In this document: one piece after another, positions 53,157-64,000 of the stretch
Layout: every line of letters starts with the position of its first letter
Numbering within the stretch: position 1 is the stretch's first letter
Translations under genes and position numbers: made by a program
The notes under the pieces: generated by a model
What the model saw: the letters and a program-made list of their open reading frames with translations, nothing else
Told to the model about the DNA's origin: nothing
Database searches by the model: none
DNA from: Octopus sinensis
Lineage: Eukaryota
Assembly (NCBI RefSeq): GCF_006345805.1
Contig: NC_042998.1
Coordinates: 3,348,001-3,412,000 of the forward strand
DNA length: 64,000 bases
Direction of reading: 5' to 3'

Positions 53157-53804
53157 TTTATGCTCAGTTATAATAAAAATAATTTCACATTAATCTGATG
53201 GGTTACTCTATCTATATTGTTGCTGACAGTGACTTCGAAGTGTCGGCCAGCTAAACAAACGACGGACAGCAGTTCTAGTATAAGAATAAAAAATAATTGT
53301 GTATGTGTGGTCGTTGGCTGTTCGTCATCGGCCGATGTTGACTTCTGTTCACTTCTCTGTGGACGGTGAGTGTAAGGTTGTTGGCGTCCCCGCCACCCAC
53401 CAGACTGTCTTATTGGGCCTCCATGCTGTGCGCTATCATTGACCATGCTAGTTCCACTTTTGTTGAACGAACCAGCCATCATGGTCGACGATGAGGCTGC
53501 CTCGAAGTAGCAGTTCCCTTGCAAGTTGACGCCCAACCGTTGAATGACGGTACAGATCTTCTTCTCTGCAACAACCTTCAAACCGTTGATCAAAGACTCC
53601 TCTGCTTTGTTGGTTAACCAAAATTCTGCTGTTGACGTATTCACTGTACACTTGACATGGGAAGCTAAGTGATTGCTAGCATTTGCCAAATGTACTACTC
53701 CAGTCTACAGACGAAAGGGTCGACTTCTTCTCCCTTTTACGGTATCACTAAAGTGGGTACCGAGCCATACCGTGTATGTCCGTGTATGTATGTATGTATG
53801 TAAT

Positions 53805-53962
53805 GCTTCAAATTTTGGCACAACTGGTACTTATTTTATCGACCCCAAAAAGATGAAAAGCAGTCAACCACGGTGGAATTTGCACTAAGAACGTAAAGAC
53901 GGATGAAATGTGGCTAAGCATTTTGTCCGGCGTACTAACATTTCTGCTAGTTTGTCGCCTTA
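53805..53962 (-). mobile_element. SINE family B-related diverged copy
   Basis: actggtacttattttatcgaccc...ctaagcattttgtccggcgtactaac. Confidence 0.75.
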
Positions 53963-53993
<31 letters not shown>

Positions 53994-54084
53994 AAATAAT
54001 AATATATGTATGTATGTGCGTATGTGTATGGATGTATGTATGTATGTGTATGTATGTATAAATGTAAGCATCTAGATATGTATG

Positions 54085-54118
<34 letters not shown>

Positions 54119-55127
54119 CTTTCAGTTTGTTCTCCTCCACTGCTTGGCTACCGGTGTTCGTTTGTTTACGTCCCCGTAAATTTGTGATCCGGCAAAAGAA
54201 AGCTACCAGTTCTGGGGCTGTTTTTTCCTGCTAAGCGCACCAAGGCGATCCTCCAATATGGCCGCAGTCCAATGGTTAAAACAAGTGAATGGTAAAATGT
54301 ATATGTAGGAACCCTTATTCGTAGGGAAGAGTTTGTGACGAGAATATTTTCTTAACGTCATCAGTGCAATTTAAATTTCTCTTATACACGTGAATAAAAA
54401 TGATCCAATAAGGAATTGTGACCTATGACTAGCTATTTATATCTAATTTACACACAACTCTATATTAGATTTGAGTGGAAATGGCCACCGAGAGGTATAA
54501 GAATCAAAGTTTGATACCTTGTAATATCCAGTTCAGTATTTCTCTGTCGCGAATTTAGATCCCACTTGAATCAATGGATGAAGATCAGTCAATATATACC
54601 TAAGCAGATTAAATCAACTACATAGTATTTTCTACATAATTACCATTATCATTAAATATATATACTAACGTATAAAGGTTTCTTCGCACATAGTCTTCAA
54701 ATTTTCGAAAGGAGGGAAATGGAAAGTTGTGTTATTCATGTTTGATTGAAAGTGATTTCTACTTTGAATGCTGCGTGAGGATAATATTTCAAAGCAGAAA
54801 ATAAGAAAAACAGTTACGGAAAAGCAGCAATTTTGTTAATGATGATGATCATCATCATAATACATACACACATACATATATATATATAAGATAGGAGGAG
54901 TTTTCGCCCGGGTGACTCAACCTAATAGCTATGCGCTCTGATTGCTCAAATAGGTATGCCACTAAAATTCCAGTTGACCACGTGGTTTTTTCACTGCCTT
55001 TCTAAAGCGGCTTGGAGCGGCTTCCTCTTGAGCTGGTAGGTATAGATTAAAGCAGAAATGAAAAGGCAAACGATCTGGCAAGACTTGACAGCGACGTTTA
55101 ATTTAGCTATATAATAAAAAGGTTTAC

Positions 55128-55437
55128 ATAGCTTCTAACAGTTCTTTCTAGAATATCTCAGCTACTGGAACATTGTGTCGGGCGAGGATTCCATAGTCCG
55201 AGTAAGCCGTCATCGGAGAGAAACAGGTTAAACATATGTAACAATAATACCAATGAGGAAGGAGAATGTTACATAGGTTTGACCCAACTTTCCCCGATGC
55301 TATATATATTTAACGTATCTCTCTCCGATGTTACTTATGTTTGACCTCTGATGACGGTATAGTTGGACTATGGAGTTCTCGCTCGGCACAGTGTTCCAAT
55401 AGCTAGGATATTCTAGAAACAACTGTTAGTGACTATC
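55128..55437. mobile_element. Inverted-repeat Penelope-type terminus with long-stem hammerhead-like motif
   Basis: CTGATGAcgg at 55348 and GAAAcaactgTT at 55416; diverged mirror arm at 55128-55215. Confidence 0.55.
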
Positions 55438-55516
55438 TAAAACTTTTTATTATAAAGCTGAATTAAATGCCGTTGTCAAGTGTTGCCAAACAAGTTGCCT
55501 TTTCATTTCTGCTTTA

Positions 55517-55721
<205 letters not shown>

Positions 55722-55992
55722 GCTTGCTAGCTAGCTAGCTAGCTATCTATCTACCTGTTTATGTATGTATGTATGTATGTATATATATATCAATGTGTCC
55801 CAGTTGATCAATAGACCAACTGAGTAAACCTATCAGTAATGTACCTATAATGACTTTAATGCTTTAATGGTTACTGGAAACAGCTGTAAGCTAAATTTGT
55901 TTCAATACAAGAATAATATGTAATGACCATTACATTTAACTTCTTTATATATATATGTATGTATGTACGTATATATATATGCAAGTATATAC

Positions 55993-56037
<45 letters not shown>

Positions 56038-56070
56038 ATATATATGTATATATTTGTGTATATATATATA

Positions 56071-56115
<45 letters not shown>

Positions 56116-56126
56116 ATGTATGTATA

Positions 56127-56200
<74 letters not shown>

Positions 56201-56201
56201 T

Positions 56202-56247
<46 letters not shown>

Positions 56248-57272
56248 CAGACATATATACATACGACAGCCTTCCAAAGAATTTTCGTCTTCCAAATTAA
56301 CTCACTACGCATTGGTCGGCCTGAAGCTATAGTAGACGACTAAATAAAAATAAAAGCAAAAACGAAAGAAGCAAATTACAAAACAAAAAATCGAATTCAA
56401 TAACATATCACATAAAGTAATGCCACAGAATTTGGAATCGAAAGGAATAGTATTAAGTAAGAAAATATCCAGTACTTCCTGATATTACAATATTAATTGT
56501 TTCTAGAAACCCGCTGATGTCTTCGAAAAGTCAAGAACATTTTGGTTTTTGTGAAAAACATAAGCAAATAAATCAAACATATGTAAACAACTAAAGCATC
56601 CAAACTATAATAGTTTTTTTATTTATTTTTCCGTGTAATACTCCTCGTTCTTCTGTGAAGTTGGTGATATTTATTTGGACTCCTGTCGATTTAAGACGTT
56701 AATAAAAAACAGATTAAACGTATAGCAGTTGCGTAGCGGATCTTTATACAACAGATGGACTTCATAATGATTACACGAGGCTGTTGGTGGTAAGCTTCTC
56801 ATCGAACCAGTTTTATCTTCTTCCAGCCCGTTTTAAATTCCCTGTCGGACCGGTTTCCTTTACATTTTATACTCTTGGAAAGGGCATGAACTATACTCAG
56901 TCCTATTCTTCTCTTCAGAACATCTGAGACTCCGTACCATTGTAAGAAATTATATTTTTTTATAGCATATTACATTACATGTTTGTATACACAAGTGATT
57001 TTTATACACGTTTTTTTTTTTAAGAATATAATTCAATATATTATTAACAGTCACTTTCTGCTGAAACTTACTTTCATATTCCAGATATATTAGTGTGCAA
57101 TAGTTGCAGTTTTTTTAATTTGAAGCATATGCGCAATTTCTCTGTTTGGTTACTGAATATTTGTATGTTTTACTCTTTATGATTTACTTGTAAACAGACG
57201 TTTGACTGCGGACATGTTGAGGCACTGCTTTGAAGGGTGTAGTCGACCAAATCGATACCAATATTTACTTTA

Positions 57273-57581
57273 TAGGGAGGCACATGGCCTAGTGGTTAGA
57301 GCAGCGGACTCGCGGTCGAGAGATCGCGGGTTCGAATCTAAGACCGGGCGATGTGTGTGTTTATGAGCGAAACACCTAAGCTCAATGCGGCTCCGGCAGA
57401 AGGTAATGGCGAACTTCTGCTGACTCTTTCGCCACAACTTTCTCTCACTCTTTCCTCCTGCATCTTGCAGCTCACCTGCGACGGACCGGCGTCCCATCCA
57501 GGTGGGGAACCTATACACCAAGGAAACCGGGAAACCGACCCTTATGAGCCAGGCATGGCTTGAGAAGGAACAAACAACAAA
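57273..57581 (+). mobile_element. SINE family C subfamily, full length with TSD
   Basis: tggcctagtggtt A-box, ggttcgaatc B-box; TSD atttacttta at 57263-57272 and 57582-57591; inserted in a family A tail remnant. Confidence 0.9.
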
Positions 57582-57773
57582 ATTTACTTTAATCTCTGGT
57601 CAAAGCTAAGTGTGGAAACTGATGTTTGTAAGCTTAACTTTTGAAAGCAAGTTTTTTGCATGTTTTCATTGTGTTTTTTTCCATATAACATTAGTGAAGT
57701 ACAAAAATGGAAATATTGTGCAACACAGTCAAAGTCCACCTCGCATTTCATCCGTATACCGTATTCTTCTGTA

Positions 57774-58093
57774 CTTTTATTTTATTTATGTGCCCTTTTC
57801 AAGCTTAGCCAGGTTCATGGGCTCGGTTTCTAGGTTTCTGTGGCCTGTGTGTTTTCCCCAGCTGGACGGGATGCCAGTCCATCGCAGCGTTACCCAAGAA
57901 ATAGGAAGAGAGAGTGAGAGAAAGTTGGGGCGAAAGAGTACAACAGGGGTAGTCACCACTCCCTGCCGGAGCCTCGTGGAGCTTTAGATGTTTTCGCTCA
58001 ATAAACACACACAACGCTCAGTCAGGGAATCGAAACCGCGATCCTCCGACCGCGAGTCCGCTGCCCTAACCACTGGGCCATTGCGCCTCCACA
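57774..58093 (-). mobile_element. SINE family C, full length with TSD
   Basis: TSD attcttctgta at 57763-57773 and 58094-58104; A-rich tail. Confidence 0.92.
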
Positions 58094-59018
58094 ATTCTTC
58101 TGTATACAAGTCGGATTTTTCAATATACAGCCAGATGTATAGGTCGACTAATAAACCATGACGACTTTGGTGGACCAAAACTTCCATGAGAAATGCTGCA
58201 GGATTTGGAAAGACATTGATGATGTTTGGAAGTTTACGCTACAGGTTTACATTATATGTTGACTTGTATTCCGGAAAATATGGTATTTTCAATGAAGTAA
58301 ATTTTAGTAGTGTATTTAAGATTAATTTCATGAGCTACACCATTTCCCACTATGTATATTGGTTTGTCATCCCGTGAGAAAGATTTAATATTCATTACAT
58401 TATGTATGTGTAAGTGTGTGTGTGTATGTATGTGTGTGTGTGTGTCTATGGTGTGTTGCATGAGCATTAGGTTGTGCATCAGACTTAATGTTCTCTAATG
58501 TTTTTAACATCTCTCTTCTGCATATTGTATTCTAATCTCCCCACAGTCATTTATCTATAACTATTCGTATTATCAGATTAACTCTGTTCAACAGTAAAAG
58601 TATATCAGAAGCCTACATTATCCGAGTGAGGAACACACACGCACACTTGCACATACCCAGATATACAAACACATACTCATCGTCCAGAGCCCAAACTGTG
58701 CCGTATTCAATCCAAAACATTTCCTTTAATGACGGCAATTAACCAGAATGACATTCTCCCTTGAGATACAAAAATTATTTCATTTAAATCAGTCCCGCCA
58801 CCATCTGACACATTCTCTATTCTAGCCCAATAAATAGACAGACACTAAATTTAGGAATTTAATACTATCTAGGTTCTGCAAACGTTAAACTTTTTCGCTA
58901 TTAATCTCTATTTTATTATTTAATGATAAAAAAACGATGCATTCTAAATAGGTCAACTATATTAAATTATTTCAAAGACATACAAGGTAAATAAATACAT
59001 TGGCATAATTATATATAT

Positions 59019-59154
<136 letters not shown>

Positions 59155-59426
59155 AGAAAGTTGGTTGTGAAAGCACGTGGTTGAATATATAGAAAATAGT
59201 AAAAAGTGAAAAAACTACAGAAGGCTTGTTTTAAAAGGTTAAAAAATATATATTTGAGTCAATATGTCTGAAGAATGTTATCAATTTTTTTCTTACAATG
59301 ACATAGTTTAGAAGAAATGACCGGTTTCGCGTTCAGCTTTTCAAATTTCTTATGTCGTTATGTTTATGTTGAGAAGAGTTCCAAATAAGGGGAGGTAATA
59401 TGTGATTTTTTTCACTTTTTACTATT

Positions 59427-59471
<45 letters not shown>

Positions 59472-59473
<2 letters not shown>

Positions 59474-59712
59474 GGAGTAAACACATAAATGTGAAACAAG
59501 GTGGAAAAAAGAGTACTCAAATACCAGTGGTAGAGTAATATGCTTTATTTAAAGCAGCAGAAAATTTAACAAAAACCTGTTACTCTGAGTTTCCCGTTGC
59601 CGTTCATCGGACAGTTTTTGCTAGATTCTAGCAAAAACTGTCTGATGAACGGCAACAGGAAACTCAGAGTAACAGGTTTTTGTTAAATTTTCTGCTGCTT
59701 TAAATAAAGTAT
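59472..59712. mobile_element. (TA)n-embedded fold-back element with a hammerhead motif on each arm
   Basis: Arms 59543-59625 and 59627-59709 nearly perfect; ctgt CTGATGA acggcaacag GAAA ctcagag TA acag. Confidence 0.75.
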
Positions 59713-59792
59713 ATATATATATATATATGCCAGTGTATATGTTGTGCGTATATATGTATGTGAAGGCGTATATGTATGTGTGTGTGATATGT

Positions 59793-59814
59793 AATAATGA
59801 TGATGATGATAACA

Positions 59815-59846
<32 letters not shown>

Positions 59847-60190
59847 GATAATAATAATAATAATGATGATAATAATAATAATAATAATGATAATAATAAT
59901 AAAATGCCTTGATGCAGTACCAGGCAGTAGCTCTCATGGCTTCTGATCTTAAATGATTAGAAGTGTTATCATGTACATTGTTTTGTCTTGGTATAAAAGA
60001 TGGGCTACAGCAAATATTCTGCTCAATACCACAGATATGCTTGTCAGTTGTTTGACCATAACCATTTGAGTATGTCCCTTAGTGGCTGACGATATGTGCA
60101 TCTCTGATCACGAGCAGAAGTAGTAGAGGAGCATCATAGCCATGTGCTGAGAGCATATCTGTGGATAATTCACCTCTGGAAACGAAGTGT
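59793..60190 (-). mobile_element. Probable LINE 3' UTR ending in an (ATT/ATC)n tail
   Basis: Unique sequence abutting a long AAT/GAT tract in tail orientation; family not identified. Confidence 0.4.
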
Positions 60191-62149
60191 GACAGGCCTG
60201 TAGATTTGTTTTACAGGTACAAACCATCGAATGAACTTCCTCAGAGTTTATATCCTTCTCGTGTCATACAGATCCATAGTGTCAGTTTCCCGGTTTCTTT
60301 GGTAATCCTGTCCCAGGATTACTCATTTTTGCCGGCTGAGAGAACAGAGCAACATGAAACGGATCGCCCGATCGACGAAGGTAAAGAATACCCAAGCCAC
60401 ACAGTTTCGGCGTTTAGGGTTAAGGTTAGGTTTAGGGTAGGGTTATAACCGAAAACTAGTGGTGTGCGTATTCTTTATCTCTGCCGCCCGGTCTATGAAT
60501 CGAAACTATAATCTTACAATCATGATTCTAACACCCAAACCACTAATCAAAGTTTACATCAACCGAATTCATATTTTAAGGCGTGGATTAACTATAGGCA
60601 ATGGTAAAAAGAAAAAACACTCGGTTAAGATGCTCCGCCGTGGAATCGATCTCCTGTCCTTGTACTTCCGAAGCGAACTTCTTAACCATTCAGGCATGCT
60701 ATGACCATAATGTATGAAAAAGCAAAATCCCTAAAGGTAGTAAACTCACATTTTGTTCAAATGGAAATTGTTTTTATCCACCAAAAGAGGAGATAAGAGC
60801 TGATTCCATGGATTCTTGCGATTCAGAAATGGGTATAAGACATCTATGAGGTAACAGTTACAATTTCTAGTAGAGAAGAGAGATAAAACTGTATGGCATC
60901 ATTCCTTTAAGAGAAGCAGACTAGTAGGTAAACCTTTAATCGGTACCTTCACCTACTTTAATGTCTTTGTAATCATACGATGATGTAGTATGTCTCATAG
61001 TCCTTTTCCATTATTGAAGTATAACTGAAAAATATTTCGTCAGCTATACTAGCGAATTTTCGTCTGAGGATTCCTTGTCGATCTCCATAATTTGAAGAAT
61101 TTTGATTTAACGTTCTCGAGCCAACGAAACGACCATCAGTTATGCGTAGTGAGATTCCTTCATGTTACATGTAACGTTAGTTCAGAGTATCAACACCTAA
61201 AGATCCAGCTACGTCCGTAGCTGGATCGAAGTACCAGTAACAAGTAAATACTTCACATTTCAACCACAGAGTTAGTATCTTACCCATTTGATCAGCAAAG
61301 GAAGCTTATATGTGTAATCACATAAAAATCATTGAATATATTTGTAATACTTATTCGAAGCGCTGAATGAAACATCGAATGTAAAAATAGTGGGTCAGTA
61401 CTGCAGCTGTGCACATAAACCGATTTTTTTATCATGTAAAATTTCCCTTCAATTGCACGTAAAAAAGCCCCGCGGTGGCTTGTTCACATAATGAATTGTT
61501 ATTTTTAATATTGCAGAAATCTATTGTAATGAGCTCTTCAGTAGCGGAATTGTGAAAAACGTAACTGCAGATTTTAATTTTATAAATTAATCCTGGAATT
61601 AATATTGGCGGTTGTCGAAGACTGGAGGCGAGCAGAATCGTTGTTAGCACATAGGAGAAAATGACCCCGGGCCATTAATTTCTAAGTTAAAATATTGTGA
61701 GATTGACTTTGCCTTCCCTCCTTTAGGGGTTCGCTAAAATAACATACCTGCTGTATACTAGGGTCGATGTAATCGACAACCACCTCTCTTCATAACTGTT
61801 GGCCTTGTGCCGAAATCTGAAACAACATAAGTAGTTGCCGTTCTTTAACCTCCACATTAGTCCTAATCTAGTAGACCAATGTTAAAAATGCCCCACCCCA
61901 GACCATTTCATCTCGTATATCAAAGACGACACTTGTTCATAAGTCGTTCCGATTTTCTTTATTTCTTAAGTCAGTTTGATATGTTTTAAGGGAGATTTGA
62001 CTTTTCTACAACGCAGTTTCAGAGCTGACTATGTTGAGTCTTGCTGGCTCGATTAAAATTAGTTTTATTTGAAGGCGATTATAATAGCCTTTGCCGTTCT
62101 GGGTATCCGCCATGGACAACACTAAACTTAGTGAACAAAAATATTTTCC

Positions 62150-62360
62150 TTTCTAATTTTGGCACAAGTCCAGCTATTCTGAGGGGAGGGGAAATCGATC
62201 ACATCAACTCCAATGCTCAAATGGTACTTATTTAATCGCCCCCGAAAGAATGAAATGCAAAGTCAACCTCGTTGGTATTTAAACTCAGAACGTAAAGCCG
62301 TAAGAAATGCTAAGTATATTTTTCGGGCGTGGTAACGGTTCTACCAACTCGCTGCCTTAA
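62150..62360 (-). mobile_element. SINE family B-related diverged copy
   Basis: ggcacaag...ggtacttatttaatcg...aaactcagaacgtaaag. Confidence 0.7.
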
Positions 62361-63388
62361 TAACAACATTAATGTCAGATTCAAATAATTGATTTAAATA
62401 ATTATTTGAAATCAAATTGTCGACTGGGGAGATTGGAGAGTTTCAGAATATTTGATTAATTTGCATAAAAGTATTTAATTATGTCTAGAATTAGGATCTA
62501 TTTTCATATATTTTTATTTTGCAAGCGAGTAGGGCAGAAAAGTTACTAAAAGTAATCTTCCGAAGATACTTCAGCATAAAATTAATTTCTCTAAAAATTG
62601 GCTTCTTGTCTAGATAGAAAAATCGATACAGACTTTTTATATATATAAAGGACGCAGTTTATATTTATTTATATTGAGAAAGACGTAATCTATTGAATCA
62701 TTCCGAGTATATTACTGGTAGCTATTTTATTAATCCAGGAAAAAGAAAATTGTCTCTAGGGGAATTTGATTCTTAGCACGACAATAAATGAATATAAAAG
62801 AGAACGAATCACTTTAATGCTTATGGTTGAGTGTTAACATTGACCCGCCAGACAGCAGAAAACGTCTTTGGTTGTAATGTGTAAGGCGGTTTCGATTGTC
62901 GTGAAGCTATTTCACTTGAAACCTTAAACTATTCCATTAAATTCACTCCACTAAATTCCTTATTTTCCACTGATGAAGCAGGAGAAAGGCGCAGTTCATG
63001 GGTAGGCTAGTGCTGTTGTTGATGCTTAAATCCACACCGGCGCAAATTAAACGGAACTATAATCAAAAGGGTTCCAGCCGTGGCCATTAGGTCTTTGCTT
63101 TCAAGCATCATATGTCTACAACTATATTATCCAATGCGATCTTTGATATTATATTTAACACTGTATTTTTGTCCTCTCTTCTTTCGGGATCGCTAAAATA
63201 AGATATCTGCCGAGTGTCAGAGTCGATGTAATCGACTCCCACCTCAATTCCCAATTGCTGGCCTTGTCCCGACATTTGAAACGATATAAGTCATTATCGT
63301 TCTTTAGTCTGTACATCAGCCCTAATCTAGCAGAACTTTGTTTAAAACTGCCCCACCCGGACCATTCCGTCTTTTTTTTCTTTTTTTT

Positions 63389-63585
63389 TTACTCGTTTCA
63401 GTCATTTGACTGCGGTCATGCTGGAGCACCGTTTTTTAATCGAGCAACTCGACCCCGGGACTTATTCTTTTTTGTAAGCCCAGTACTTATTCTATCGGTC
63501 TCTTTTGCCGAACCGCTAAGTAACGGGGACATAAACACACCAGCATCGGTTGTCAAGCAATGCTAGGGGGACAAACACAGACACA

Positions 63586-63649
<64 letters not shown>

Positions 63650-63743
63650 TACGACGGGCTTCTTTTCAGTTTCCGTCTACCAAATCCACTCACAAGGCTT
63701 TGGTCGGCCCGAGGCTATAGTGGAAGACACTTGCCCAAGGTGT
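63389..63743 (-). mobile_element. SINE family A, 5' truncated
   Basis: Colinear with 7150-7576, lacking the tRNA head. Confidence 0.9.
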
Positions 63744-64000
63744 CTTGTATATAAAAGACGGTACTAACTAATGAGTTGTTCCCATTTCCTTTATTTCTAA
63801 AGTGATTTTGATATTTGGCTGTTATTCTAGTAGATGGATTGGTTACGCTGAGTCTGACGGTGAGTTTGTTGATATGCCTCCTACATAAAAGCTGTTTAAT
63901 GAACAATAGGATTACCGCGGGCCCAATGTCATTATTCATTCTGCAGTAGAAGCAAAAAGGCGTCGTCCATCTAGGCCTACATTCTCCAATGTGGCCCACG

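Noticed and set aside
57273-57350. tRNA genes at SINE heads (also 16.7, 28.3 and 58.0 kb)
   Set aside because: They lack a complete cloverleaf and continue into SINE bodies, with TSDs in two cases.

Overview
AT-rich, microsatellite-dense eukaryotic genomic DNA with one 100-N scaffold gap. It is most likely an octopus or other coleoid cephalopod; this is inferred from the tRNA-derived SINE repertoire and repeat style, not proven. I can support no intact protein-coding gene, and almost all long ORFs are microsatellite or satellite artefacts. The window is a mosaic of four tRNA-derived SINE families (called A-D here, many copies, some with TSDs), LINE remnants (CR1, RTE), a Penelope-like element with a GIY-YIG remnant, Helitrons, hAT and Tc1/mariner fossils, MITEs and a 3.4 kb 23-bp satellite. 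Most notable: (1) a set of small elements, mostly in or beside (TA)n tracts and often folded back on themselves, that carry minimal type I hammerhead-ribozyme motifs from several families; (2) the 23-bp satellite sits cleanly inside a mariner MITE whose empty sibling lies about 0.65 kb upstream; (3) a 194-bp inverted copy of nearby DNA, bounded by microhomology, inside a TSD-flanked SINE. Short candidate exons at 45.7 kb and 56.9 kb are unconfirmed. All translations and alignments were done by eye.
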